DNA of 64,000 bases from an uncultured delta proteobacterium (lineage in GTDB: Bacteria > Myxococcota_A > Polyangia > Polyangiales > Polyangiaceae), in assembly GCA_963841435.1 (NCBI GenBank), contig CAWJCS010000002.1:832001-896000 (forward strand). Direction: 5' to 3'. The notes under the pieces are model-generated. The model saw only the letters and a list, made by a program, of their open reading frames with translations, did not search any database and was not told the DNA's origin. Positions within the stretch are counted from its first letter, which is position 1; each line of letters begins with the position of its first letter. Made by a program: the position numbers and the translations under genes. This document shows, in pieces, positions 21,372 to 31,092 of the stretch.

Positions 21372-23454
21372 TAGTACCAGCCTATCGTTATCGCTGGCGC
21401 GCCCGTGCGCCTGCACTCGAGCATCCTCGACCCGGGTGAGCTCGAAGCCGCCGGAGCCGAGGCCGTGCGAATGGTCGCGATGATCGGCGACCTCGACGAC
21501 CCGGGTACGCACGGCACGAGTAAGCCCGCGCGTGACGAGTGGCGCGCCGAGCGGCTCCCGCGACTCGAGGCAACGGGCCTCGCGTACTACGAGACGCGCG
21601 GCGGTTACCGCCGGCTGAGCGCCTGCTCGCGGAGCCGTTCGCGCTCCGCACGCGCGAGCACGCCGCAACGTGGAGTGACCTCTACCTAGGGTGGTGCGAG
21701 CACGCGTCGCAGGTTTGGGGCCTCGACCTCGATCGTTCGTGCGCGGATTGGACGCGCCTGTATCGCCTCCCCAACGTACGGCGCGATGGCAAGCCGGCCC
21801 GCGCGGCCTTGGACGGCACGCTCGCGCCCTACGATCGGATTGGCGCGGGGCACTGGCGCGAACCGCCCGCGCAGACAAAAACGCGACCAGCGAGCGCGGA
21901 CGAGCCCTCAGTCGGGGCCGCGGACGCGGAGCCCACCGACCGCGCCATGTCCCTCGCCTTCGCGATTGGTGAGGCGTACTACAGCGGCGGGCGCGAGAGG
22001 GTAACGCGCTCCAATGCACGCTCGGGTGGTTCCGCGGCAAGGGTGTGCGCCCCGGCGAAATCGTCGCCATCGTGGACGCCTTATCCGAGGGCGCGACCGA
22101 TTGCGCGAAGTATCTCGCGCTCGCGAGGCGCGTGCACGAGCTCAACGGATCCTACGCGGCCGTCGAGGCGTGGCTAGGGGACGCATACGGCACGGTGGAC
22201 GAACTCGTCACGCGCTTCGCGAACGCGAGCGTTAGCAGCGCGCTCGACCGGCACTACGCTGAGGCGCGCGAACGCGCACGCGAGCGCACCGCAAACGACG
22301 GCGCGAACGCGGACCCGGACGCGAGCAAGTACCGCGTGCCCGAGGACCCGCCGGATGCGCTGCTTCGGCACGGGCGAATGGTGGACCGCTCCAAGCCGCC
22401 GCCGCCTCTCGTGCACGTAATCGAGGGGCTAGACCTGGCACCGGGCAAGGTGAGCGCGATCCAGGCGCTCGCGAACGTGGCCAAGACGCCGCTCGCCTTG
22501 CTGATGACGATTTGCGTAGCAGCTGGCAAGCCTTTCCTCGGATTTGAGGTGCAACAACGCAACGCGCTCTTTCTCGCGTTCGAGGGCGGCACCCTAACGG
22601 AGGAGCGCGAGGCCCGCCTATGCGCGGGGCTCGGCGTCGATCGCGCGAGCGTGCCGCTGCACTTCATGCACGTGGACGCGTCTATCGCGGACAAGGATTT
22701 TAGAGACGACCTCGAGGCGTATATGCGCAAGCACGAGAATCGGCTTCGTAGCGCTCGACACCTACGGGAGCTCTCTACCTGGCGACATTGAGCACAACTC
22801 TGACAAGTTCAGTTACTGGCTCAAGCAACTGGGCAAGGTATCCGACGCGACCGGCGCGCTGATCGTTGTGCTGCTACACGAGAACAAGAGCGCGAACGCG
22901 AGCGGGCTGCGCAAAAGGAGCGGTCACAACTCGGCGCCGGGAGCGATCCAAGCGGCCATCGGATTGGAGCGCGAAAGCGACGACGACCGCACCTTGATTC
23001 GTGTGTACTGTTCGCGCGAGGTGCGAAAGGCGTTCGTGCCGTTTCACGTCCGCTTCACCGACGAGCCGTGCGAGGGCGCACCGACCGGAACTGCGTTGGC
23101 GGCGGCAAAGGTGGCGGCGCCATCGGGTACCAGCGGTGCGGCAAGCCAGCCCTTGAACGCGAATCGGAAGATTGAGGCGGAAGAAAAGACGGCGGCCGCG
23201 GGTCGGCGGCTCTGGGAGCTCTGCGCGACGGCCACAACCACTCCAAGAAGGAGCTCGTTTCGCTAGGCGGGGAAGGCGTGCGGCCGGCGGAAAGGTCGCT
23301 CGCGCGGCTCCGGGAGGCGGGGCTCGTGGACTATGCGAACGGCTACTACACGGTCACGGACGGGGGGCGGACGGCGACCGAGGCCAAGGTGCGGGACGTG
23401 ATTGCCGGCACGGTGACGACCGGCCCGTTCAAGAGGCGCGTCTATGCCGCTTAG
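21372..23454 (+). CDS. Primase (AEP-like) fused to AAA_25/RepA-type helicase with C-terminal winged helix (5' truncated, several frameshifts)
   Basis: GDLDD, YETRGGYR, DWTRLYRLP primase-like motifs; VIEGL..PGKVSAIQALANVAKT, GKPFLG, LFLAFEG, ALDT, VLLHENK; LARLREAGLV. Confidence 0.7.
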
Positions 23455-23455
23455 A

Positions 23456-23635
23456 GCGTGTGTCCGAGCGGTGGGCCGAAAGCACACGGAAACGCCGTTG
23501 TTTGCACACGCTCCCCTCGCGTGTGCGGTCCGCGTCTGTAGGTGTGCATTTGCGGGGTTTTCGTGTGCTTTTCGTATGCTGAGCCCTAGGCCCTCGGCAG
23601 ACACACCGCACACACCTAGGGGTGTGCGTGTGCCG
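23456..23635. promoter_or_regulatory. Putative iteron-type replication origin
   Basis: GCACAC/GTGTGC at 23482, 23504, 23521, 23542, 23563, 23608, 23622, 23628, directly after the rep gene. Confidence 0.55.
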
Positions 23636-24140
23636 GGCCCGTCTGCTGCGAGGGACAAGCGCGGTTACTAGGTCCCGCCGCCACGCGCCCGCCGCGCTCG
23701 AGCACCCGCCCCCCGCCGTCCGCGCCCGGCCCCGGGCCGCGTGGTCGTGGCCATGGCCGCCGCTCGTGCCCGTGGCGGCGTGCCGCCCGGCGCCGCCGCC
23801 GTGGTCGCGCTTGAACACCCGTCGCCGCGCCGCGGCCCGCGTCGGTCCGGGCCACGCCTTGCCGCCCGCTCACGAATCACGCGCCCGTAGGACACGTCGC
23901 GGGCCGCGGTCGACGCGTCGCCCGTCCACGCCTCCGCGCGCACGCGAGCGCGACGCGTGGTGCTCGCGTTGACCGGGATACGTACGGGGTACCCCCCTCC
24001 CAAACGGGACCCCTCTACGCGCGTTTTTGGGACAACGCGCACATTTTCGCTTCAAAACGTGACGCCCGCGCACTGATTGCCGCGAATCCTCGCGTTCTCG
24101 CGTCGCTCCCGTGTTTTGGAGCACGTGCTATTATATTGAC

Positions 24141-24649
24141 ATGGGCCGTCCTCGCCTCGACACCGACGAGCTCCGCGCCGCGCTCGCGGTCGCGGGTGGG
24201 CGGCCAGCCGTTGCCGCAACTGCGGGCTCGGCTCGAACGCGCCGGGCATTCCGTCTCTCGCTCGACGCTGGCTAGGCTCCGGGCTCGGGAGCGCGCCAGC
24301 ACCGGCAAGGCTCCTCGTTCCGCCCGCACGCCGGCACCCGCGGCGGCGCACCGTGGCGGCGTCCGCGGCCGTAGCGGAGCTCGAGCACGCCGCGGCCGAG
24401 GCCGTCGAGCTCGGCGGGCTTGATGCCTTGAAGCGCACGCAAGCGAGTGTGCAACGCGCAATCGACGAGCAGGTCCGGTTCGCCGGCTCGGAGGCGCGCG
24501 CCGCCCAATCAGCGGCCAGGCTTATCGACTGCAACTCCAAGCTGCTGCGCGCGATTGACGACTTAACCCGCGCACCAGACAGTGGCAACCGCTGGCCAAC
24601 GCCGCGCATGCCGAGCTACTCGAGCGCGTTCGAAGCAAGCTCGCGTTGA
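24141..24649 (+). CDS. HTH-like protein, possible small terminase (frameshifted)
   Basis: MGRPRLDTDELRAAL...LERAGHSVSRSTLARL...helical C-term across three frames. Confidence 0.35.
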
Positions 24650-24809
24650 CGAGGACCTCCGCGGGCGCTTGGCGGCGCTCACCGAAAAGCACAAGCGCGC
24701 TACGGAGATGAATGAGCGATTTTCGACGAGCGTTACGAGAGGCTAAACCCAAAGTGAAAACAGACACCCGCGCCGAGCTCGCCGCGTCCGCGTCCGCGGA
24801 GGCGTCCAC

Positions 24810-25139
24810 GTGACCGACCTCGAGCGGAGCATGCTCGCGGCGATTGCGTCGGGCGCGACCGTCGCGGAGGTCGCGACAGAATTTGGTGCCGACGTGGACG
24901 CCGTGCGCGCACTCGCGGGCGAGCCGGAACCGCCGGGCGCACCCGCAAAGGCGGCACGCACGCGCCGCGCCGCAAAACCGCTATCGCCAATCGAGCGGCG
25001 CGCGATTGCGATTGCAAAAGCTCTGCCGTCGTTGGATTGTGTCGCGTGGCACGCGCGCCAGCATGGCGGCCCGCACACTCGAAATCATGGCTACGGCTGC
25101 GCCACAATTGTTGGCGGCGTGTTGACGCGCCGGATCTAG
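24810..25139 (+). CDS. Hypothetical protein with N-terminal HTH-like segment
   Basis: AIASGATVAEVATEFGADVDAVR; GGAGG RBS. Confidence 0.5.
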   Translation: MTDLERSMLAAIASGATVAEVATEFGADVDAVRALAGEPEPPGAPAKAARTRRAAKPLSPIERRAIAIAKALPSLDCVAWHARQHGGPHTRNHGYGCATIVGGVLTRRI

Positions 25140-25205
25140 TCGCTCCAATAAACGAGAGCGCTTGCCAATGCGCGGGAGCGTGTCAGAATGCCTGGTATAC
25201 CAGCC

Positions 25206-25803
25206 ATGTCCCGCACCACCTTCGTACTTTCCACCCGCGTTGACCGCGCGACCGCACTCCGGGTCGCCGCTTACTGCGCTTCGCGCTCGCTAAGCACGTT
25301 CAACAATGATTCGGCTCGGCGCCGAAACTGTACTCGCGTCCTCCGCTGACGTGCCTAACGTCGATTGGGCGAAGCAGCTCGAAGCGGTTCGCGTTGCCCT
25401 CGGGCTACCCGCGAGCGTGACTAGTGAGGAGGTCGTCGCGGTACTCGAAGACGTTTTGAGCCGCTTCGCCGAGGCGCAGCAAGTTGACCAGTCGCAATCG
25501 CCAACAGGCGGTATCGCCGATCCCGCGCCCGTATCAGCGGCCCGCGCTAAATCGCTTCTCGAGCCGTGGAACGCGCCGGAGCCGCGCAAACTCTCGCGCA
25601 AAGAAGTTGACGCGTGTCGCGCTCGCGGCATGACCGAGAGCGAGTACCGCGAACGCCTCGCCGCATCCGTGCGACGCAATGGCGAGCTCGCCGCGCCCGC
25701 GCCGCGTGGGCGCACGGACGCGGAAATTGCTGCTTGCGTCACGCGCGGCATGAGCGCCGAAGATTATGCGGCCGCAAAATGTGCGGCCGTGCGCCGTCGA
25801 TAA
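25206..25803 (+). CDS. RHH domain fused to Mu-like scaffold-type region (one frameshift near 25300)
   Basis: MSRTTFVLSTRVDRATALRVAAYCASRSLSTSTMIR; ALGLPASVTSEEV; two C-terminal repeats E..AC..RGM...(E/D)Y. Confidence 0.5.
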
Positions 25804-25811
25804 GGAACCCA

Positions 25812-26579
25812 ATGAACCCCCACATCAACCCCTCCCTCACCGACCGCCTGCATACGCCCGCCGCCGACCTGCTTGCGTGGCGCGACGGTTCGCGCGAGCT
25901 TCACGAGAATTACCTCGTCCAGATCGACGCGGCACTCGCGGACCTGCACGGACGCAAAGACCACGCCGGCAAGTGGGCGCGTGCGGAGCTCGTGACCGAA
26001 CGAAAGACCGTCGCCGATGCGATCGCGGCCGCACCGTCGATAGACGCGGAACGTGCGGCGCTGGCCAGCGCGCTCGACGAATGTACCAAGCGCTCGGCCG
26101 CGGTAACCGTCGCCTCCGAGGTTGACGAGCTCATGCGAGCACGCGCGGCGCTTACGCTCGCGAATCGCGCCGCCGGCGTCGCGCGCGACGCGTTCGTCAA
26201 GGCCGCCGCCACATCTAGATTGCCGGCAATCGGCAAATATCCGTTGCACGCTGGTGTCGCGAAAGCGGCCGATTCGCGCAGCGATCGCGCACTGGCCGAC
26301 GCTGAGAACACATTGTTCACCCGCTATAATGGGCCCGGTTACGCCTGTGCTGGTGTTGACCTCGCCACGCAGGACGGCGCGCGCGTCGAGCCCAATGTAA
26401 TGCCTTGGGTTGTCGCCGATGAGGCGCACTACGAGCTCGCTCACGGCGACTTCCCGATTCCATTTAGGCTCCGCTGGGAGCGCTTTGCCGGTATCAACGG
26501 GTTGCCGTTCGACGAGATCGATTTAGATGAACTCATCGCCCTGGTTAGCGAGGAAGCTCGCGGGACTGCCGCGGAATGA
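25812..26579 (+). CDS. Hypothetical coiled-coil protein
   Basis: AAGGA RBS, 255 aa, Ala-rich helices. Confidence 0.6.
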   Translation: MNPHINPSLTDRLHTPAADLLAWRDGSRELHENYLVQIDAALADLHGRKDHAGKWARAELVTERKTVADAIAAAPSIDAERAALASALDECTKRSAAVTVASEVDELMRARAALTLANRAAGVARDAFVKAAATSRLPAIGKYPLHAGVAKAADSRSDRALADAENTLFTRYNGPGYACAGVDLATQDGARVEPNVMPWVVADEAHYELAHGDFPIPFRLRWERFAGINGLPFDEIDLDELIALVSEEARGTAAE

Positions 26580-26752
26580 TGACCGGCGCCGACGTGGCCG
26601 CGCTTGCGGCGCAAGGGCGACTCGCCGCGACGCTCGCGGCCGAGCCGTTCGACGCGTTCGAGGATGCGATTGAGCGCGCCCGGGCCGACCTTTTGGAGCT
26701 GGCCGTTCTACGTGCCGAGCTTGCCCGCGTTCGCGCCCGCGAGCGGCGATGA
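26576..26752 (+). CDS. Small hypothetical protein
   Basis: 58 aa MMTGADVAALAAQ...; ATGA overlaps at both ends. Confidence 0.5.
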   Translation: MMTGADVAALAAQGRLAATLAAEPFDAFEDAIERARADLLELAVLRAELARVRARERR

Positions 26753-26967
26753 CTTCGGGGCGGTCGGCTTCGTTCATGGGCCAGCCGCCTCGTCTAACTC
26801 CCATGGGTGACACGATGCAACTAGACGACCCCCGTACCCCCGCCGAACGGATTCGCGGCGAGAGCGTCGAACAAGTGCGTGCGCGACTTGAGGCGCGTCG
26901 CGAGCGCAAGGCCGTCGCCAAGGCAAAGCGAGCCGCGCGCAAAGCGTACCGAGCGGGGGCGCGCTAG
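26749..26967 (+). CDS. Small basic hypothetical protein
   Basis: Coupled ORF, K/R-rich C-term. Confidence 0.45.
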   Translation: MTSGRSASFMGQPPRLTPMGDTMQLDDPRTPAERIRGESVEQVRARLEARRERKAVAKAKRAARKAYRAGAR

Positions 26968-27366
26968 ATGGCGGCGCTTACACTCAGCCAATTACGGGCG
27001 CGCCACGACGCACTGAGTCCGAGCGCCTGCCATGGGGAGCGCGCATCGCTCAGATGCCGCGGGCGCTTGCTCGCAAAGAAGCTCGGCATTGACCCGCCCG
27101 CGTGGACGGCAAAACTGCAAAAGCCCGCGCGCCTAGCCGCGCAACGTGGGGAGCGGCCCTCGACTTCGCGAGGGCGCGAGCGAGGCCGTCGAGCCAGAAA
27201 CGCGCAACCAGTTGTGTGGGCGCCCGAGCTGAGCGACTTACGCGGCGTCCTTCCGACAGGCTCGTGTGTGGCCGTTAGCGCGCGCGGCGTGATCGTCAAC
27301 ATTGTGGGCGCCAAACGCCGGCGATTCCTGAGCGTGGACGACGCGCTCGCGGCGGTGCGGTCGTGA
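26968..27366 (+). CDS. Hypothetical protein
   Basis: ATG immediately after previous stop; GTGA overlap with the next ORF. Confidence 0.45.
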   Translation: MAALTLSQLRARHDALSPSACHGERASLRCRGRLLAKKLGIDPPAWTAKLQKPARLAAQRGERPSTSRGRERGRRARNAQPVVWAPELSDLRGVLPTGSCVAVSARGVIVNIVGAKRRRFLSVDDALAAVRS

Positions 27367-27596
27367 GCGAGGTCGTGGTCAAGGTGGTTCGCGTGCAGGG
27401 CCTTAGCGCCGCCCGCTACGCGGCCGTTGACGGCACTATGCCGTCGCGCGACTTACTGGCCGCGTTGATGGCATGGTGCGACGCAGGGCACGCCACGCGG
27501 GCGCGAATGCTACGCGAGCGCTTCACGAAGCTGCTCCGTGAAGCACCGGCCGGGCACTTTCACTTGGTTGCGGGGCCGCATAAGGCGGGAAGCTAG
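27363..27596 (+). CDS. Small hypothetical protein
   Basis: 77 aa coupled ORF. Confidence 0.45.
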   Translation: MSEVVVKVVRVQGLSAARYAAVDGTMPSRDLLAALMAWCDAGHATRARMLRERFTKLLREAPAGHFHLVAGPHKAGS

Positions 27597-27811
27597 ACGC
27601 GGGCGCGCGTGGCCTTGGCGGCGGTTCGCGAGCGTGGACGCGACCGTGGCCGCGGTCGCGTGAGCGGGGCCCCGGCAGCTAGGGGTAAGGGGTCTTACCC
27701 GCGTCGTATTCGTGATATACCGTATCGATATCGCGTATTTGCGCGGCATATGCCGCGGAGGGGGCTTGCGCGGCCGTCCGCGCGCCTGCAAAGTATCCGC
27801 AGGTGCATAAC

Positions 27812-28006
27812 ATGCGAGACGAGGTCCTAGCACCGCAGGATCTGGCGGAACGCGCCCGTGAGAAGCAGGCGTCGAGGGATGCCGACTATGCGCGTATTGC
27901 CGCCGATGCAAGCGCTGTGGAAGCGGTGCGGGCTGAGAACGCGTTCATTCCCGCCGAGTATTGTCGGGGGCGCATTGATTGGTCACGCAGCAGACCGCGC
28001 ATCTGA
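27812..28006 (+). CDS. Small protein upstream of nucleotidyltransferase (antitoxin-like position)
   Basis: AGGT RBS, MRDEVLAPQDLAERAREKQASRDAD..., overlaps NTase start region. Confidence 0.55.
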   Translation: MRDEVLAPQDLAERAREKQASRDADYARIAADASAVEAVRAENAFIPAEYCRGRIDWSRSRPRI

Positions 28007-28764
28007 TTCAATTTCCGGGGGTTGTCCGCCTACTTGAACGACTTGGGGACGTTCCGCATCGGGTTGTTCTCATCGGCGGGCAGGCGCTGAACGTTTGGTG
28101 CAATCGCTACGCGGGCACAGTTCAGGTAGGACCGTGGCTTCCAGCGAGCAAAGATGTGGACTTCCAGGGAACCTCAACCGACGCAAGGTACGTCGCAGAA
28201 AAACTACGAGGGGGACGTTACCGTCGCGACGATGGATGAAGCACGCGGTCACGTCGCGATCGTGCGCGTTTCTGATAGCGACGGGGCGGAGATTATTCTC
28301 GATCTTCTCGACGCGCCGTTCGGACTCAAGCCAGAAAGGCTATAAGCGAGCGCTCCCGCTATCGCTCCCAGTCTGCAAACGGCTCGATCGTCCTACACGT
28401 AATGCACCCTATTCACTGTCTTGCGAGTCGCCTGCACAATGAAGAATTTGGCCTTCCGCAGCAGTACGACAACGAGCACGGCCGGGCACAGCTGCGAGCA
28501 GCCATTGAGTGCGCGCGAGCGTCGATCCTGGAGCAACTTGGCGAGGGTCACACGCGACCGGCTCTACAGGACGCAAAGGAAGTTTGGGCGCTCGCCACGC
28601 ACTCTCGTGGAATCAAAGCGTTTCATTCGAAGGGCATCGATGTATTCGAGGCCGTTCCGCGAGATCCAAGGTGGCCGAAGTTGTTCCAGGAACGGGAATT
28701 TCCCAAGTTGCAAACGCAGCTCGGTGCGAAGCGGGAAACGCGCAAAAGACGCGACGCGCGATAG
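27979..28764 (+). CDS. Nucleotidyltransferase-fold protein (frameshifted)
   Basis: VLIGGQALNVW, SKDVDF, LDLL..PFGL, MHPIHCLASRLHN across three frames. Confidence 0.65.
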
Positions 28765-28795
28765 CGCCCGGTCGCTAGGCGCAACTCGGCTCACG

Positions 28796-28870
28796 GGCTG
28801 GCCTTTCCGCTACCCTCGACCGATCCCCCAAGCGCATAACGCTGGTCGAGGGTAGCAGGAAAGGCCAGCC
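28796..28870. terminator. Long hairpin (26-bp stem, one bulge, 22-nt loop)
   Basis: GGCTGGCCTTTCC-GCTACCCTCGACC pairs with GGTCGAGGGTAGC-A-GGAAAGGCCAGCC. Confidence 0.6.
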
Positions 28871-29013
28871 ACACTGAACGACATTTCTGAAATGATATCG
28901 GAGTCGTATCGATGGGGTGAGCTGCCCAGGCGTAGTGTACCTCTATTCTTCAATAGAGGAATGATTGCCAGCATTGCGGGATTCGTGTACCTGATCTGAA
29001 TATTGTTCCCAGT

Positions 29014-29539
29014 ATGGGTCGAAACGAGATCGTCCAAGTGGCCTTCAAGGCCGAGGAGGTGGCCCGTGTACGAAGGGAGGGCGCTGAAATGCTGGGGTTG
29101 TCGCTCGCGGCGTACGTCCGGAGGTTGGTGATGTCCACGATCTCCGCGAGGGCTTGGTGGTCGCCCCCGATGATGGGTGCGATGACGGTGGGTGCGGTTC
29201 GAAGCAATGGCGCGAGCCTCATGCGCCGGAACGATCCGGATTTCATTCTCGAGCGCGTGAGTGAAGCCGCGTACCGCTTTCGCGTGTACGTCGGAAGCGA
29301 CGGCTCACCCTTGATGCTCTCCGAGCTTCAAACGTTGAACATCTTTTCGCAGCTCAAGTGGGGCCGAGATCGTGATCGCAGGTAGTGAGCGATCTCTGGC
29401 AGATTGGAGAACGTTCTTTGAGGATGCGGAGACGGGCCAAATCGAGTGGACCCTAATTCTGATCGACGTGACAACTGGGACTTGTTCACGCCCGAACGTC
29501 CCGCCCCACAGCCTCATCGATAACCGCCGCGCGCAATGA
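29014..29539 (+). CDS. RHH-type DNA-binding protein coupled to integrase (frameshift near 29362)
   Basis: IVQVAFKAEEVARVRR..AEMLGLSLAAYVRRLV; corrected frame ends in ATGA overlap with int. Confidence 0.5.
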
Positions 29540-30891
29540 CCGACGACGCTCCGGCCCTCGAGAAGCTCGCCGATGGCTCCGGCTATCGCGTCCGCGTGCG
29601 TTGCGGCAAGGCTCGCACCCGATATCGCATCCCGTACGAACTGACGAGCACTTCGCGGGCTAAGCGCGCGGCCGTGCTCGTGGAGCTAGGCGCGGCGCTC
29701 GGCGAATGAGCCGCCCGAGCTCGCGCGAGCTTGGCTGACGGACGCGGCCGCTGCCGACGGGCCCGGGCTCGCGCGCATTCGCGCGGCCGTAGCGAAGCTC
29801 GCGAGCGGCGCGGTCAAGGTCAAGCGCAAGGCCGAGAACCCGCGCGCCACGTGGACCGTCCGCGAGCTCGGCGAGGCGTGGACGGATGGCACGCTGGCGA
29901 AGGACTACCCCGACCAAGTGAAGGTGCGCGCGTCCGCGAGCGACGACGTGAGCCGGCTCGAGGCGCACGTTTACCCCGTGATTGGTTCGGCGCTCGTTCG
30001 CGCCGTTACGCTCGAGGATTGCGAGCGCGTCATGCGGTCGATCAAGGGTGAGCGCCGCGCGAAGCTCTCACCGGGTACGCGGCGGCATGTCGCGCTCGCG
30101 CTCAACCGTCTTCTAAACCTCGCCGTGTACCCGCTCAAATCCGTGACGGGAACCCGATCCGCGGCAAGGGTTCCTGCCTCGCAAGCCCGACCTGCGAGCG
30201 CTCGCGCTCGCCCACTTGTACCCGGCAGCGAGGACGCCGCGCTCATGGCGTGCGAGGACGTGCCGATTGAGCGCCGTCTGCTTTGGGGTTTCTTGGCGCG
30301 TGAAGGCATGCGCGTTTCGGAGGTGCTCTCGCTCCGGTGGACGGACCTCGACCTTGAACGCGGTGCGGTCGCGCTCGACGAGAACAAAACGGACGAGCCG
30401 CGGGCGTGGGCGCTGGCGCCCGGCGTAGCCGGCGCGCTCGCGCACTTCCACCAGCGGCGCGACCCGGAACGCGTGCTCGTGTTCGAGCAGCCCCCCGAGC
30501 CCGAACGCCTGGCGACGTGGCTTCGCGCCGACCTAAAGGCCGCGGGCGTCCACCGGCCGGCGCTGCATACGCGCGGCAAGGCCCGCCTGGCGATACGGGC
30601 GCACGACCTTCGGGCCTCGTTCGTGACCGTGGGCTTGGCGTGCGGGCGCTCGGAGGCGTGGATCACCGACCGCACTGGGCATCGCTCCCATGAGATGGTG
30701 ACCGCTACCGGCGCGCGGCGCGCCAGGCGTCCGAGCTAGGGCTAGGTGACTGGGCGCCCTTGGATGTCGCGCTAGGGCTCGCCAAGCCATCGCCTCCGCC
30801 GGGTGGCCGCAAGCGCGCCAGCGCCCCACGTGGCCGCCGTGGGACAGCTAGTGGGACAGCTGGGCGCGCCCGAAAGGATTCGAACCTTTGA
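29536..30891 (+). CDS. int: Tyrosine recombinase/integrase (frameshifted)
   Basis: GMRVSE, NKT, HDLR, TGH...Y catalytic set; last frame stops inside att core. Confidence 0.85.
30839..30861. repeat. Tandem 11-bp direct repeat, putative integrase arm site
   Basis: GTGGGACAGCT x2 adjacent to att core. Confidence 0.55.
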
Positions 30892-30938
30892 CCTACGGCT
30901 CCGGAGGCCGTCGCTCTATCCAGCTGAGCTACGGGCGC
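30865..30938 (-). tRNA. tRNA-Arg(CCG)
   Basis: GCGCCCG acceptor stem, TAGCTCAGCTGGATAGAGC D arm, ACGGC-CT-CCG-GA-GCCGT anticodon arm, GGTTCGAATCC; followed by CCCA. Confidence 0.95.
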
Positions 30939-31092
30939 TTGATGGTCGCTACGTCCCCCGCGGGGGAGGGGTCTTTTAGCGCAACCTCGGGGTCCGCGAA
31001 ACCCTTCGTTCGGGGGCGGCGTGGAACGGCGCGCGGTGGCGCCCGGCAGCCGACGCGCACTGGTCGCCCCTCAATCCAAGCGGGCAGCGAGC

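Noticed and set aside
23650-23970. GC-rich low-complexity ORFs
   Set aside because: No start signals or motifs; cannot support a gene or structured repeat
28810-29246. Minus-strand low-GC ORFs
   Set aside because: No recognisable motif; they overlap the hairpin and the better-supported RHH gene
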